Numbered from the stretch's first letter, positions 9,616-19,797 are shown. The stretch: 64,000 bases of DNA from an uncultured Alphaproteobacteria bacterium (GCA_963752325.1 CAVVXU010000004.1:50559-114558); one strand, 5' to 3'. Translations and numbers: made by a program. The notes: a model not told the origin generated them from the sequence alone.

Positions 9616-10608
9616 ATGCATGGGCGCAGGGTGCTCTGCAACATACAACAACTCGAGGGACGCCCGGCGCCGTTCCTCGCTCCGCTGCGCGAGGCCGGAT
9701 TTGAGGTCGTGATGAACGAGAAGCAGCGGCTTCTCGCCGAGGACGAGCTCATCGACCTTCTTCCTGGAACTTGCGCAACCATTGCTGGTGGCGAGGTCTA
9801 TTCATCGCGTGTCTTCGAGAAGGCCCACGATCTTAGGGTCGTGGCGCGGTTCGGGGTCGGCTATGACCGTGTGGATGTGGAGGCGGCGACGCGGGCGGGC
9901 GTCGCCGTCGCGATGGCCTTCGGCACCAACCACGAGAGCGTCGCAGATTTTGCCTTCGCCCTCGTGATGGCTCTCGGGGTCGAGCTCTTGCCGCACCATC
10001 GCCGCGTCGCAGAGGGCGGCTGGGGCTGCAGCTTCCATCACGGCGTCTGGGGCCGCACGGTGGGCATCCTGGGCCTCGGCCGGATCGGCAAGGCCATGGC
10101 CATGCGTTGCCTGGGCTGCGCCATGCGCGTTCTGGCCCACGACACGGCGCCTGATCGCGCCTTCGCTGCGGCGCACGGGATCGAGCTCGTGCCCTTGGGC
10201 ACGATGCTGGCCGAAGCCGATTTCGTCTCGGTCCACACGCCGCTGCTGCCCGAAACGCGGCACATCATCGGAGGGCGCGAGCTGGCGCTGATGAAGCCCA
10301 CCGCCTTCATCGTCAACACCGCGCGCGGTGGCTTGATCGACGAGGAGGCGCTGCACGAGGCGCTCGTCGCGGGGCGCCTCGGCGGCGCCGGGCTCGACGT
10401 CTTCGAGCACGAGCCGCCCCAGGGCTCGCCGCTGCTCGGCCTCGACCGTGTGATCCTGGCGCCCCATGCGGCCGGCATGGACGAGGCGGCCGAGCGGCTG
10501 ATGGGCGAGCGCTGCGTCGCCAGCATCCTTGCCGTCCTCGACGGCCGCGATCCGGGCCCCGGCTACGTGCTCAACCCTGCCGTTCTGTCTGCAAAGGAAA
10601 GAAGGTGA
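9616..10608 (+). CDS. D-isomer-specific 2-hydroxyacid dehydrogenase family protein
   Basis: GGGGAGG RBS. Motifs ILGLGRIGKAMA (NAD-binding GxGxxG), ..NTARGGLIDEEAL.., ..LDVFEHEP.., ..ILAPHAAG.. are typical of the PGDH/GyaR family. Confidence 0.9.
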   Translation: MHGRRVLCNIQQLEGRPAPFLAPLREAGFEVVMNEKQRLLAEDELIDLLPGTCATIAGGEVYSSRVFEKAHDLRVVARFGVGYDRVDVEAATRAGVAVAMAFGTNHESVADFAFALVMALGVELLPHHRRVAEGGWGCSFHHGVWGRTVGILGLGRIGKAMAMRCLGCAMRVLAHDTAPDRAFAAAHGIELVPLGTMLAEADFVSVHTPLLPETRHIIGGRELALMKPTAFIVNTARGGLIDEEALHEALVAGRLGGAGLDVFEHEPPQGSPLLGLDRVILAPHAAGMDEAAERLMGERCVASILAVLDGRDPGPGYVLNPAVLSAKERR

Positions 10609-11387
10609 TGTCGGCGCGAGGAATGGCACTCAAGGAGCGCCTGAAGGCTGGTGCCGTGGCCTATGGTGCTTGGCTCTCGATTGCCGATCCGGTCGTGGCC
10701 GAGATCATGGCGGGCGCTGGCCTCGACTATGTGATGATCGACACCGAGCATGCACCCTGGAGCCTCGAGCGGCTGCAGACGGCGCTGATGGCCTTTCGCG
10801 GCGTCGAGACGGTGCCCATCGTGCGCGTGCCCTGGAACGACCAGGTCCATGTGAAGCAGGCGCTCGACGTGGGCGCCGAGGGCATCCTGGCGCCGATGGT
10901 CCGCACGCTCGCCGAGGCGAAGGCGCTGGTCGCCGCCTGCCGCTACCCGCCCGACGGCATCCGCGGGTTCGGGCCCAGGCGGGCCAGCGACTATGGTCGC
11001 GACATCGAGGGCTATATGGCGCTCGCCAACGGCAGCACGATCATCATCCCGCAGATCGAGGACGTGCGCACGGTGGACGAGATCGAGGCGATCCTCGACC
11101 TGCCCGGCGTCGATGCGCTGTGCATCGGGCCGAACGACCTTTCCGGCAGCGCCGGCCTGCTGCGCCAGCACGACCATCCGGTCGTGAAGCGTGCGATCGA
11201 CCGCATCCTTGCCGCCGCCAAGGCGCGCGGCGTCGCGGTTTGCACCGGCATCACCCTGCCGCCCGAGGCGCAGCCCGCCTGGGTCGAGAAAGGCGCCCGC
11301 TTGGCATTGGTCACGGCGGACACCGATCTTCTGGCCAAGGGCTTGGCCGAGGCGCTGGCGAAGGCACGGGCCGCCATCGCCGGCTGA
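10605..11387 (+). CDS. HpcH/HpaI-family 2-keto-3-deoxy-acid aldolase
   Basis: The start overlaps the upstream stop (GTG10605 or ATG10608, TGATG). GAWLSIADPVVAEIMAGAGLDYVMIDTEHAP...IVRVPWND...ILAPMV...QIEDV...IGPNDLS is the characteristic HpcH/HpaI pattern. Confidence 0.9.
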   Translation: MMSARGMALKERLKAGAVAYGAWLSIADPVVAEIMAGAGLDYVMIDTEHAPWSLERLQTALMAFRGVETVPIVRVPWNDQVHVKQALDVGAEGILAPMVRTLAEAKALVAACRYPPDGIRGFGPRRASDYGRDIEGYMALANGSTIIIPQIEDVRTVDEIEAILDLPGVDALCIGPNDLSGSAGLLRQHDHPVVKRAIDRILAAAKARGVAVCTGITLPPEAQPAWVEKGARLALVTADTDLLAKGLAEALAKARAAIAG

Positions 11388-11422
11388 GGCCTCTCCCTTC
11401 CACTCCACCCGAGGGCCGGCTT

Positions 11423-12499
11423 TCAGCCGGCCCTTCTTGCGTGGCGGCGGAGGAGGATGTCGAGCGAGCCCACGACGATGATGAGAAGGCCCGCCGCGAC
11501 GTCGCCGATGTTCTGGGAGAAGCCCAGGAGCACCATGCCGCTCGTGATCATGCCGATGATGAGAGCGCCCATGAGGCTGCCGAAGACGCTGCCGCGGCCG
11601 CCCGAGAGCGCCACGCCGCCCACCACCGCGGCACCGATGACCCGGAACTCGAAGCCGGTACCTGCGGTCGGGCCGGCGACCCGGAGATAGCCGAACAAGA
11701 GGGCCGAGACGAGGCCACACAAGGCACCCGTCAACATGAAGCAGCGCAGCTTGACGCCGGCGAGGTCGATGCCCGCGTTGCGCGCCGCCTCGGGGTTGCC
11801 GCCCACGGCGTAGACGTGTGAGCCGAAGCGTGTCCGCGCCAGCACGATCCCGCCGATCGTCACGACGACCAGCATCCAAATGATGAGCCAGGGCACCTCG
11901 CCCATCAGATCGCCGCCCGTCACCCGGTAGAAGAGCTCGCGGCCGCGCGTCGCGAGCGGCCGCTCGTTCGTCAGGAGCAGTGCCGCGCTGCGGTAGCCGA
12001 CGAGCATCGCGAGCGTGACGATGAAAGAGGGGATCCCTATACGCACGACGATGAGGCCGTTCACCGTGCCGAGCAGAAGGCCCAGCAGGACGATGAGCGG
12101 CATCGCGAGCCAGGGGCTGAGGCCGGCCGTGACCACGAGCAGACCCATCGAGACGGTGAGCACGCCGTGCATCGAGCCGACCGAGAGATCGATCTCGCCG
12201 GCGACCAGCAGGTAGGTGATGCCGACGGCGACGATGCTGATCAGCGAGATGCTGCGCAGCGTGTTGAAGAGGTTGAACTTCGAGAGGAAGTGCGGCGCCA
12301 TCAGCGCGAAGAAGAGGAAGATCAGGATCGCAATGCCGACGAGCGCCGTGTCTCTCGCGAGGAGGATGCGCCGCAGGCGGGCTGCCGGGGCATCCTGGTC
12401 GACCGCCCGTCTGGAGTGGCGCGCACCATGGGCGCGCAGCGTCGCCTCGGCCTGCGTGTCGATGGCTGCGGCGTCGGCTGCCTGTCTCGTCCCCGGCAT
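11423..12499 (-). CDS. CUT2 (ribose-type) sugar ABC transporter permease
   Basis: 358 aa, multi-pass membrane protein. ..GEIDLSVGS.., ..TLAMLVGYRS.. and ..GGRGSVFGSLMGALIIG.. are typical of the RbsC/BPD_transp_2 family. Confidence 0.9.
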   Translation of the reverse strand: MPGTRQAADAAAIDTQAEATLRAHGARHSRRAVDQDAPAARLRRILLARDTALVGIAILIFLFFALMAPHFLSKFNLFNTLRSISLISIVAVGITYLLVAGEIDLSVGSMHGVLTVSMGLLVVTAGLSPWLAMPLIVLLGLLLGTVNGLIVVRIGIPSFIVTLAMLVGYRSAALLLTNERPLATRGRELFYRVTGGDLMGEVPWLIIWMLVVVTIGGIVLARTRFGSHVYAVGGNPEAARNAGIDLAGVKLRCFMLTGALCGLVSALLFGYLRVAGPTAGTGFEFRVIGAAVVGGVALSGGRGSVFGSLMGALIIGMITSGMVLLGFSQNIGDVAAGLLIIVVGSLDILLRRHARRAG

Positions 12500-12507
12500 C
12501 GCGCCGC

Positions 12508-13248
12508 CTACGCCGCCTCGGCGCCGACGATCAGCTTGACGATCTCGTCGGCCGTCGTCTCGGCGCGCCTGCGCACGCCCGCCACCCGGCCGCGCCGCAT
12601 CACGAGGATGCGGTCGGCGACCGTGAAGACGTGCCGGAGATTGTGGCTGACGATCAGGACACCGGTGCCCTGCGCCCGGAGGCGCTCGACGAGATCGAGG
12701 ACCTTTTGCGACTCCTGGATGCCTAAGGCCGCCGTGGGCTCGTCCATGATGATCACGCGGCCGTTCTGGGCCGTGGCCCGGCCGATCGCGATCGACTGGC
12801 GCTGCCCGCCCGAGAGCTGGCCCGCCTCGGTGTCGAGCGAGGGGAGGTGGACCTTGAGCTCGTGGAGGACGCGTCGCGCACCCTCGCGCATCGCCTTGCG
12901 ATCGACGAACCAGCGGAAGCGCACCGGCTCGCGACCGAGAAAGAGGTTGGCCGCGACGTCGCGCTGATCGATCAAGGCGAGGTTCTGGAAGACGGTGGCG
13001 ATACCGAGCTCGCGGGCATGGAGCGGGTCGGTGAGCTGGACAGGCGTTCCGGCCACCTTCATCTCGCCGTGATCCGGTTGGTGGACGCCGCTCAGGATTT
13101 TTATCAGGGTCGACTTGCCCGCACCGTTGTCGCCGACGACGGCCAGCACCTCGCCCGTGAAGATGTCGAGATCGGCGCCGGTCAGGGCCTGGACCTTGCC
13201 GAACGACTTGGCGAGGCCGCGGCAGTGGATATAGGGCTCGATATGCAC
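12508..13248 (-). CDS. sugar ABC transporter ATP-binding protein (single nucleotide-binding domain, 246 aa)
   Basis: GTG at 13248 with AGGAG 11 nt upstream. Walker A GDNGAGKST, signature LSGGQRQ, Walker B VIIMDEPTAAL, H-loop SHN. The rest of ORF 12508-14238 overlaps the SBP gene and is an artefact. Confidence 0.85.
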   Translation of the reverse strand: MHIEPYIHCRGLAKSFGKVQALTGADLDIFTGEVLAVVGDNGAGKSTLIKILSGVHQPDHGEMKVAGTPVQLTDPLHARELGIATVFQNLALIDQRDVAANLFLGREPVRFRWFVDRKAMREGARRVLHELKVHLPSLDTEAGQLSGGQRQSIAIGRATAQNGRVIIMDEPTAALGIQESQKVLDLVERLRAQGTGVLIVSHNLRHVFTVADRILVMRRGRVAGVRRRAETTADEIVKLIVGAEAA

Positions 13249-13301
13249 CGTGCCGGCGTCTCCTTCATGGGGGCGCCGGCTGCCCGGCGCCCCTCGGCCT
13301 C

Positions 13302-14360
13302 TCACATGATGCCGTAGGCCTTGGCCTGGGCCACCCAGATGTCGGTGCGCTCGCCGATCATCTTGAGGTTGTCGGCCGTCACGAGCTCGCCGCCGGTGCG
13401 GATCGAGGGGTAGGGATATTTCCGCTCGATCTGGACCCAGGCGGTCGCCGCGGAGAGGAAGCCCATTAGATAGAACTGCTGGTCGATGCCCCACTGCACC
13501 CAGCCATCGGCGATGGCCTGCTGCTGGGCGGGCGGGATGTCGGTCGAGCCGCAGGCGATCTGGCCGGGCTTGAGGTTGCGCTCCTTCATCGCCTGCACGA
13601 TCGGCAGCGGGTTGCCGGTGCCGATGGCGCCTACGAGGCTCGAGCCCTTCTCGTCGATCTTGGCGGTCCACTTCTGGACCGACTGGGTCATCTCGCCGAA
13701 CGAGTTGTCCGGGAACGCCTCGAAGGTGTAGCTCGTCCCGTTCTCCTTGTTGTAGGCCTCGATGCCTTGCTTGCTGCCGTTCTGCCGCTTGTCGATCGAG
13801 GTCGAGCCCGGGTTGCCATTGCCCAGGACGATGACGCCCTCCTTCTTGCTGGTCAGCTTCTGGGCGAAACGGGCTGCGGCCGTGCCGTTGATGATGCCCG
13901 CGTTGAACTCGTCCTGATTGATGATGCCGAGGCCCAGCGCCTTGGCCTCGGCCTCGATGCCCTGGTCCGTGATGACCATAGTGATGCCGGCATCGAGGCC
14001 GCTCTGGAAGCTGCCGATGAGCCCCTCGCTCTCGAGCTCGGTCACGATCACGTCGGCGCCTGAGGCGATCGCGTTGTTCACCTGCTCGACATGGTTCTCG
14101 ACCGAGTAGTTGGGATTGCCGATGCGCTGGTAGGACCAGCCGACCATCCCGCAGAAGTCGCGGAAGCCGACCTGCATGGCCGTGTCCCAGTCGCCCAGCG
14201 CCTGGGGCACCCAGACGAGCTTTCTGGACGGACCCCACGTGCCGCCGGCCGCGAGGCCCGACAGGGGTACCCCCATCGTGGCCGCCGCGACGGCCGCGGC
14301 GCCGAGCCCCGCTCCGCCAGCGATAATGCCGCGCCGGCTCGTCTTTCCGGTCTCACGCAT
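13302..14360 (-). CDS. sugar ABC transporter periplasmic binding protein (type I PBP) with a twin-arginine-like leader
   Basis: MRETGKTSRRGIIAGGAGLGAAAVAAA leader, followed by a RbsB-like fold pattern (..VIVTELESEG..VITDQG..VLGNGNPGS..). Confidence 0.9.
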   Translation of the reverse strand: MRETGKTSRRGIIAGGAGLGAAAVAAATMGVPLSGLAAGGTWGPSRKLVWVPQALGDWDTAMQVGFRDFCGMVGWSYQRIGNPNYSVENHVEQVNNAIASGADVIVTELESEGLIGSFQSGLDAGITMVITDQGIEAEAKALGLGIINQDEFNAGIINGTAAARFAQKLTSKKEGVIVLGNGNPGSTSIDKRQNGSKQGIEAYNKENGTSYTFEAFPDNSFGEMTQSVQKWTAKIDEKGSSLVGAIGTGNPLPIVQAMKERNLKPGQIACGSTDIPPAQQQAIADGWVQWGIDQQFYLMGFLSAATAWVQIERKYPYPSIRTGGELVTADNLKMIGERTDIWVAQAKAYGIM

Positions 14361-14414
14361 TCTTTCTCTCCCTGATCGCTCTTTTTGAAGGCCACGGGCC
14401 GCGTAGCCGGCCGC

Positions 14415-15413
14415 TCACTCCGTCGCGCCGGCGAGGCTGCCCGAGCTTCGCCGCACCAGAAGGTTGAGGCCGGCGGCGACCAGGATGACGAGGGCGGTCG
14501 CCACGCCGCCCCAGTACTCCCGCACGCCGGCCAGGATGATGCCCGACGTCAGCATCCCCAGGATGAAAACCCCGACGAGGCTGCCGAAGACGGTGCCGCG
14601 ACCGCCGAACAGCGATGTTCCGCCGATGATCACGGCGGCGATCACGTCGAGCTCGAGGTTGGTGCCGGCACCCAGCGGTGCCAGGGCCAGCCGGCCGAAG
14701 AGCAGGACCGCCGCGACGCCGCAGAGCCCGCCCATCAGGATGAAGGAGACGAGCTTGGCACGTCTGGTCGCGATGCCGTTGTTGCGCGCCGCCTCGGGGT
14801 TGCCGCCGGTGGCGTAGACGTCGCTGCCGACCTTGGTCCGCGCCAGCACGATCCCGCCGATCACGGCGACGAGCAGCATGACGCCGAACGAGACCGGCAC
14901 GGGCGTTCCCGGCAGGTCGGAGCGCAGCACCTGGTAGAAGGAGAGCTGGGTGTTGGTGACGGGTATCGGATAGCCGCTCGAGACGGTGTTCGCCGCCCCG
15001 CGTAGAAGCGCCATCATGCCGAGGGTCGTGATGAACGAAGGAAGGCCGATCCGCGTGACCAGGAGCCCGTTCACAGCGCCGACGGCGGACCCGAGGCCGA
15101 TGATCAGGAGGGCGCCCAGCCACGGATCGACATGGGCTTTCTCGACCAGATCGGCCAGCAGGATCAGAAGGAAGCCGTAGTGCGAGCCGATCGACAGGTC
15201 GAGCTCTCCGGCGACGAACAGAAACGTCATGCCGACAGCGAGTGTTCCAAGGATCGCGGCACGCCGCGCTATGTCGATCAGCACGTTCGTCGATAAGAAG
15301 TGCGGTGCAAACAGCGAGAAGAATAAGAACATCACGGTCGCCACCAACGCAATCGCGACATCGCGATTACGAAAGATCTGGCCAATATCGGATGCGTCAG
15401 CAGCCCGTGCCAC
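14415..15413 (-). CDS. CUT2 sugar ABC transporter permease (second permease of the same system)
   Basis: 332 aa, paralogous in pattern to 11423-12499 (..GELDLSIGS.., ..GGRGTVFGSLVGVFILG..). Confidence 0.9.
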   Translation of the reverse strand: MARAADASDIGQIFRNRDVAIALVATVMFLFFSLFAPHFLSTNVLIDIARRAAILGTLAVGMTFLFVAGELDLSIGSHYGFLLILLADLVEKAHVDPWLGALLIIGLGSAVGAVNGLLVTRIGLPSFITTLGMMALLRGAANTVSSGYPIPVTNTQLSFYQVLRSDLPGTPVPVSFGVMLLVAVIGGIVLARTKVGSDVYATGGNPEAARNNGIATRRAKLVSFILMGGLCGVAAVLLFGRLALAPLGAGTNLELDVIAAVIIGGTSLFGGRGTVFGSLVGVFILGMLTSGIILAGVREYWGGVATALVILVAAGLNLLVRRSSGSLAGATE

Positions 15414-15584
15414 GGTGTCTTTTGTCCGACCGGAAGTGCCCCGGCTCGTGGAGCGCGTATCCCGCTTGGTTTGTTGTCAGCCTCCAACTACCATTGATAG
15501 GCGCAAGTCGGCCGCCTGTCACGGCAGCATCTGTCCGATCTGGATAAACCGTGGCGGCACGCACGGAGGGGAGGAGGCGAGGGG

Positions 15585-16457
15585 ATGAGCGACGTCGTCT
15601 GCGTGGTCGATGCGAAGGCGGAGCTGGGCGAAGGGGCGCTGTGGGACGAGCGCCAGGGCGTCCTCTACTGGGTCAACATCCTAGCCGGGGAGATTCACCG
15701 CTACGACCCGCGCTCGGGCGGCGACGCGATCCTGAAGGTGCAGGGAGCGGTGGGATCGCTCGCGCTTCGTGAGAACGGTGGCATCGTCGCCGCCCTGGAC
15801 CGCGCTTTCGTCTTCATCGATGTAGCGACGGGCCGGATCGAGCCCGTGGCCGAGGTCGAGCCGGACCGGCCCGAGAACCGTATGAACGACGGCAAGCCCG
15901 ACCGTCAGGGCCGCTTCTGGGCCGGCTCGATGCACAATCCGCACAACCGCCAAGCCGGTGCCCTCTATCGCCTAGACCCGGACCGAACGGTCACGCGCAT
16001 GGTCGAGCGCGTCACCGTCTCGAACGCGCTCGCCTGGAGCCCGGACAGCCGCACCATGTACTATGGCGACAGCATGGCCCAGACGGTGTGGGCGTGGAGC
16101 TTCGATCCGGACAGCGGCGCCATCCGGGACCGGCGCGTCTTCCTCGACCCGCAGGCGATCGGCGGCAATCCGGATGGCGCCACGGTCGATGCCGAGGGCT
16201 TCTACTGGCTGACCGTGCCCGGCGCCTGGCGCCTCAACCGCTACGACCCGCAGGGCCGCCTCGACCGCTCGATCCGCCTTCCGGTCTCCAACCCGACCTG
16301 CTGCGCCTTTGGCGGAGCCCGGCTCGAGACGCTTTACGTGACCTCCGCCACCTTCATGGCCAAGCCCGAGCATCTCGTCGACCAGCCGCTGGCCGGCGCC
16401 CTCCTTGCCCTCGAGCCGGGCGTTCGGGGCACCGCGGAGGCACGGTTCAAGGGCTGA
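15585..16457 (+). CDS. SMP-30/gluconolactonase/LRE-family lactonase
   Basis: AELGEGALWDERQGVLYWVNILAGEIHRYDP...NDGKPDRQGRFWAGSM...NALAWSPD...PDGATVDAEGFYW is the six-bladed propeller lactonase signature. GGAGG-rich RBS upstream. Confidence 0.9.
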   Translation: MSDVVCVVDAKAELGEGALWDERQGVLYWVNILAGEIHRYDPRSGGDAILKVQGAVGSLALRENGGIVAALDRAFVFIDVATGRIEPVAEVEPDRPENRMNDGKPDRQGRFWAGSMHNPHNRQAGALYRLDPDRTVTRMVERVTVSNALAWSPDSRTMYYGDSMAQTVWAWSFDPDSGAIRDRRVFLDPQAIGGNPDGATVDAEGFYWLTVPGAWRLNRYDPQGRLDRSIRLPVSNPTCCAFGGARLETLYVTSATFMAKPEHLVDQPLAGALLALEPGVRGTAEARFKG

Positions 16458-16527
16458 AACTCGGCTCAGGCACGAGCCGACGGCAACGGTCGGCGCGCGC
16501 CAAAGGCGATCCTTCCGCCGGCTGCTG

Positions 16528-17415
16528 CTAGCCCTTGAAGCCGGTGGTGACGATGCCCTGCGTGAACAGGCGCTGGAAGCAGATGTAGATGATCATGAGC
16601 GGGATGGCGGAGATGACGGTGGCGGCCATGAGCTGGCCCCAGGGGGTGATGTCGCCGTGCATGCCGGCAAGGCCCAGGACGATCGTCATGATCTCGGGCT
16701 TGTTCACGACGACGAGCGGCCAGAGGAAATCGTTCCAGCCGGCGGTGAAGCCGAAGATGGCCACCACCCCGATCGCCGGGCGGCTGATCGGCAAGATGAT
16801 GCGCAGCAGCACTTGGAGGTAGTTGCAGCCATCGATGCGTGCCGCGTCCTCGAGCTCGCGCGGGATGCCGAGGAAGAACTGGCGCATGAAGAAGACGCCG
16901 AACCACTGCACCACGTGCAGCACGATGATGCCCTCGTAGGTGTTCAGCAGCCCCAGGTTCCGGACGATGATGAAGGAGGGGATGAGCGTCACCTGCAGCG
17001 GCACCATCATGGCCCCCAGATACATGAAGAAGATGACGTCACGGCCCCAGAAGCGCAGGCGTGCGAAGGCGTAGCCCGCGAAGACCGACGTCACCACCGT
17101 GCAGATCATCTCGATCGTGGAGACGAGGAACGAGTTGAAGAGCCAGCGCCCCAGCGGGTAGTCGTTCCAGGCTTCCGCATAGTTGGCCCAGCGGATGTGG
17201 GAGGGCACGATCGCCCTGGAGATGCCCAGCTGGAACAGGTCCTCCTCCGGCTTGAGGGAGGTCGACACCATCAGGATGTAGGGCAGCACGACTACCAGGG
17301 CCCCTACGATGAGCAGGCCATAGAGCGAGGCGTGGACCAGAAGCCGCCGCCGCGCCGGCATGACGGCGATGTCGGAGCTGGCCCGAGGTCGGGAGGTCTC
17401 GATGCTGGCCTGCAC
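16528..17415 (-). CDS. CUT1 carbohydrate ABC transporter permease (MalG-like)
   Basis: EAA loop ..PRELEDAARIDGCNYLQVLLRIILPISRPAI... GTG17415 overlaps the upstream stop (TAGTG). ATG17361 (MPARRRLL..) is an equally plausible start. Confidence 0.85.
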   Translation of the reverse strand: MQASIETSRPRASSDIAVMPARRRLLVHASLYGLLIVGALVVVLPYILMVSTSLKPEEDLFQLGISRAIVPSHIRWANYAEAWNDYPLGRWLFNSFLVSTIEMICTVVTSVFAGYAFARLRFWGRDVIFFMYLGAMMVPLQVTLIPSFIIVRNLGLLNTYEGIIVLHVVQWFGVFFMRQFFLGIPRELEDAARIDGCNYLQVLLRIILPISRPAIGVVAIFGFTAGWNDFLWPLVVVNKPEIMTIVLGLAGMHGDITPWGQLMAATVISAIPLMIIYICFQRLFTQGIVTTGFKG

Positions 17416-18338
17416 TACTGGACCTCCATCCGCTTGCGCAACGCGTAGAACTGCAGCAGCGTCAGGAGGAAGACTATGGCGAAGAGCACGTAAGCCACGG
17501 CGCTGGCATAGCCCATGCGGAAGAACTGGAAGGCCTGCTGGTAGAGGTACATCACGATGATGTTGGTGGCGTTCATCGGGCCGCCGGCCGTCATCACATA
17601 GATCACGGCGAAGGCGTTCTGGGTGGCGCGGATGGTGCCCAGCACGAGCACGAAGAAGGTCGTCGGCATCAGCAGCGGGAAGATGATGTGCACGAAGACC
17701 CGCCAGGCGCTGCAGCCGTCGATGCGGGCTGCTTCCTTCAGCTCCGTCGGGACGCCCTGTAGCGCTGCGAGGTAGATGACGGTGAAGTAGCCAACCTCGC
17801 GCCAGCTGAAGGTGAGGATCACGGTGGGCATGGCCCATAGCGGGTCGGCACCCCAGCCCGGCTCGGGCAGCCCTCCGGCGCGCAGGACCTGGTTCACGAT
17901 GCCGTACTGCGGATCCAGGATCCACAGCCAGACCACCGCGGTGGCGACGAGCGAGGTGACCACGGGCGAGTAGAAGAGGGCCCGGAAGATCGTCGTCCCG
18001 CGCAGGCCCTGATTCAGAGCCATCGCCATGCCGAGCGAGCCCACGAGGACGACCACGAGGTCACCGATCACGAAGAGGATCGTGTTGAGGATGATCCGGA
18101 GAAACTCGGGGCTCGTCAGCAATTCCTTGTAGTTGCCCAGACCGATGTAATAGCGCTCCGGATCGAGAGGGCTCCAATCATAGAACCCAAGATAGAACGA
18201 GTACCCGACCGGCCAGATGATGAACACGCAGAAGAAGATGAAGGTCGGCAGGACGAAGAGAACACCGTAACGGGCCTGCTCCTCGCGGATATAGTCCAGG
18301 ATCCCGTCAGCAGCCTGGCGGAACCATCGTGAGATCAT
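17415..18338 (-). CDS. CUT1 carbohydrate ABC transporter permease (MalF-like)
   Basis: 307 aa. ..LQGVPTELKEAARIDGCSAWRVFVHIIFPLLMP.. is an EAA motif. Six predicted helices. Confidence 0.9.
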   Translation of the reverse strand: MISRWFRQAADGILDYIREEQARYGVLFVLPTFIFFCVFIIWPVGYSFYLGFYDWSPLDPERYYIGLGNYKELLTSPEFLRIILNTILFVIGDLVVVLVGSLGMAMALNQGLRGTTIFRALFYSPVVTSLVATAVVWLWILDPQYGIVNQVLRAGGLPEPGWGADPLWAMPTVILTFSWREVGYFTVIYLAALQGVPTELKEAARIDGCSAWRVFVHIIFPLLMPTTFFVLVLGTIRATQNAFAVIYVMTAGGPMNATNIIVMYLYQQAFQFFRMGYASAVAYVLFAIVFLLTLLQFYALRKRMEVQ

Positions 18339-18483
18339 GTGGGGGCTCCTCGCCGGACGGGGTCACATCCCTGGCGATCCCGCTGCCGGAGGCAGCGGCC
18401 CGGCCCCGATCCTCCATCGTGGCGGGCCTGCCGGACCTCGCTATTCTGCTCGCGGCCCTGCGATGTCGCGCGGCCCCGTAGCC

Positions 18484-19797
18484 TCACCCCCTTCGCCTGA
18501 GGGCACGGTCCAGAGCCACCTGCGCGTCCTTGGTGGCGGCGTCCATCGCGTCCTTCGGCGTCTGTCGGCCGTAGATGACCGCCTCGATCGCTTGCGACAC
18601 CCGGGTCGAGATCTCCGCGGCACCCGGCCCGGCATAGGAGAGGCGGGCATCCTGCTGCGCGTCGAGGAAGGGCTGCACGAGCGGCTGCTTGGCCTGATAG
18701 TCCTGCCACACAGAGGATTGGCGATAGGAAGGACGTGGTGGCAGTTGGCCGAAGACGACGTTCCAAAAAGCGTTGTTGTCCGCATCGAGGCCGATGAACC
18801 TGCTGAACTCCCAGCCGGCCTTCCACGTCGCGGAGTTCTTGAAGACCATGATGGAGCCGTAGCCCAGGGGCACCGTCGCCGACTTGGGCCCGCGTGGCCG
18901 GGCCGCCGTCTGCGCCTTGAAGCTGGCGGTCGCCACGCGCTCCAGCACCGAGGGAAAGCCGAAGATCGAGCCGACCCTGCCGGTGAGGAAGTCCCTCAGG
19001 CCCTGGGCCTCGGTCGTGGGCTTGATGGGCATCGACTTCCGGTCGCGGACCATGTGGCGGTACCACTCCATCGCCTGCACCCCTTCGGGGCTGCTCAAGG
19101 TGATGGTCTTCCCGTCCTGGGAGAGAAGCTCGCCGCCGAACGCCCAGAGGATGTTCTGGAACCACTGGCCGCCGGACTGGTCGTCGGGCGCCGTCAGGAG
19201 ATAGTGCCCCCAGGTCTGCGTGCCGGGATCGGAAATCTTGCCGGCCACCTCCGCGAGCTCGTCGAGGGTCTGGGGCGGCTTGTCCGGATCGAGGCCCCTG
19301 GCCTTGTAGAGATCGCGGTTATAGATGAAGCACAGCGCCCCGCTGTTCACGGGCATCGCATACATCTTGCCGTTGCGGCTCACGGCCTCCCGGATCGGTG
19401 GAATCCAGTCGTAGCTGCTGATCTTCGGGTCCAGGTCGTCCAGGGCCACGGCCTGACCGCGGTCGATGAACAGGGCATTGAGCTCCGGTCCGCCGAAGCG
19501 CGCTGCGCTAGGAATGTCGCCTCCGGCTATGGCCGTGGCGAGCTTGGTGCTGATCTGGTTCTGCGGCACGAGCACGAAGTCGAGATCGGCCGCCTTCTGC
19601 TGGGCGCGGAAGCGGTCCACGATCTTTTGAAAGTTGTCCATCTGGAAGGGCTGGTTGAACCAGAAGCTGCCCTTCAGCTCCTGCGCTTGGCCCGTCGAAG
19701 CCCCGCCGCTCAGCGCGGTGAGGGCCGCGCCACCGAGAGCAGCCTGCATGAAGCCGCGGCGTGGAAGACCGCATCCTAAGATCCGATTCAAGGTCAT
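18484..19797 (-). CDS. CUT1 extracellular solute-binding protein with a TAT-type leader
   Basis: MTLNRILGCGLPRRGFMQAALGGAALTALSG leader, followed by a family-1 SBP pattern (..KMYAMPVNSGALCFIYNRDLYK..). Confidence 0.9.
   Translation of the reverse strand: MTLNRILGCGLPRRGFMQAALGGAALTALSGGASTGQAQELKGSFWFNQPFQMDNFQKIVDRFRAQQKAADLDFVLVPQNQISTKLATAIAGGDIPSAARFGGPELNALFIDRGQAVALDDLDPKISSYDWIPPIREAVSRNGKMYAMPVNSGALCFIYNRDLYKARGLDPDKPPQTLDELAEVAGKISDPGTQTWGHYLLTAPDDQSGGQWFQNILWAFGGELLSQDGKTITLSSPEGVQAMEWYRHMVRDRKSMPIKPTTEAQGLRDFLTGRVGSIFGFPSVLERVATASFKAQTAARPRGPKSATVPLGYGSIMVFKNSATWKAGWEFSRFIGLDADNNAFWNVVFGQLPPRPSYRQSSVWQDYQAKQPLVQPFLDAQQDARLSYAGPGAAEISTRVSQAIEAVIYGRQTPKDAMDAATKDAQVALDRALRRRG

Noticed and set aside
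13249-14238. Upstream extension of the ABC ATPase ORF (12508-14238)
   Set aside because: It overlaps the well-supported SBP gene in another frame. The ATPase domain starts at GTG13248, which has its own RBS.
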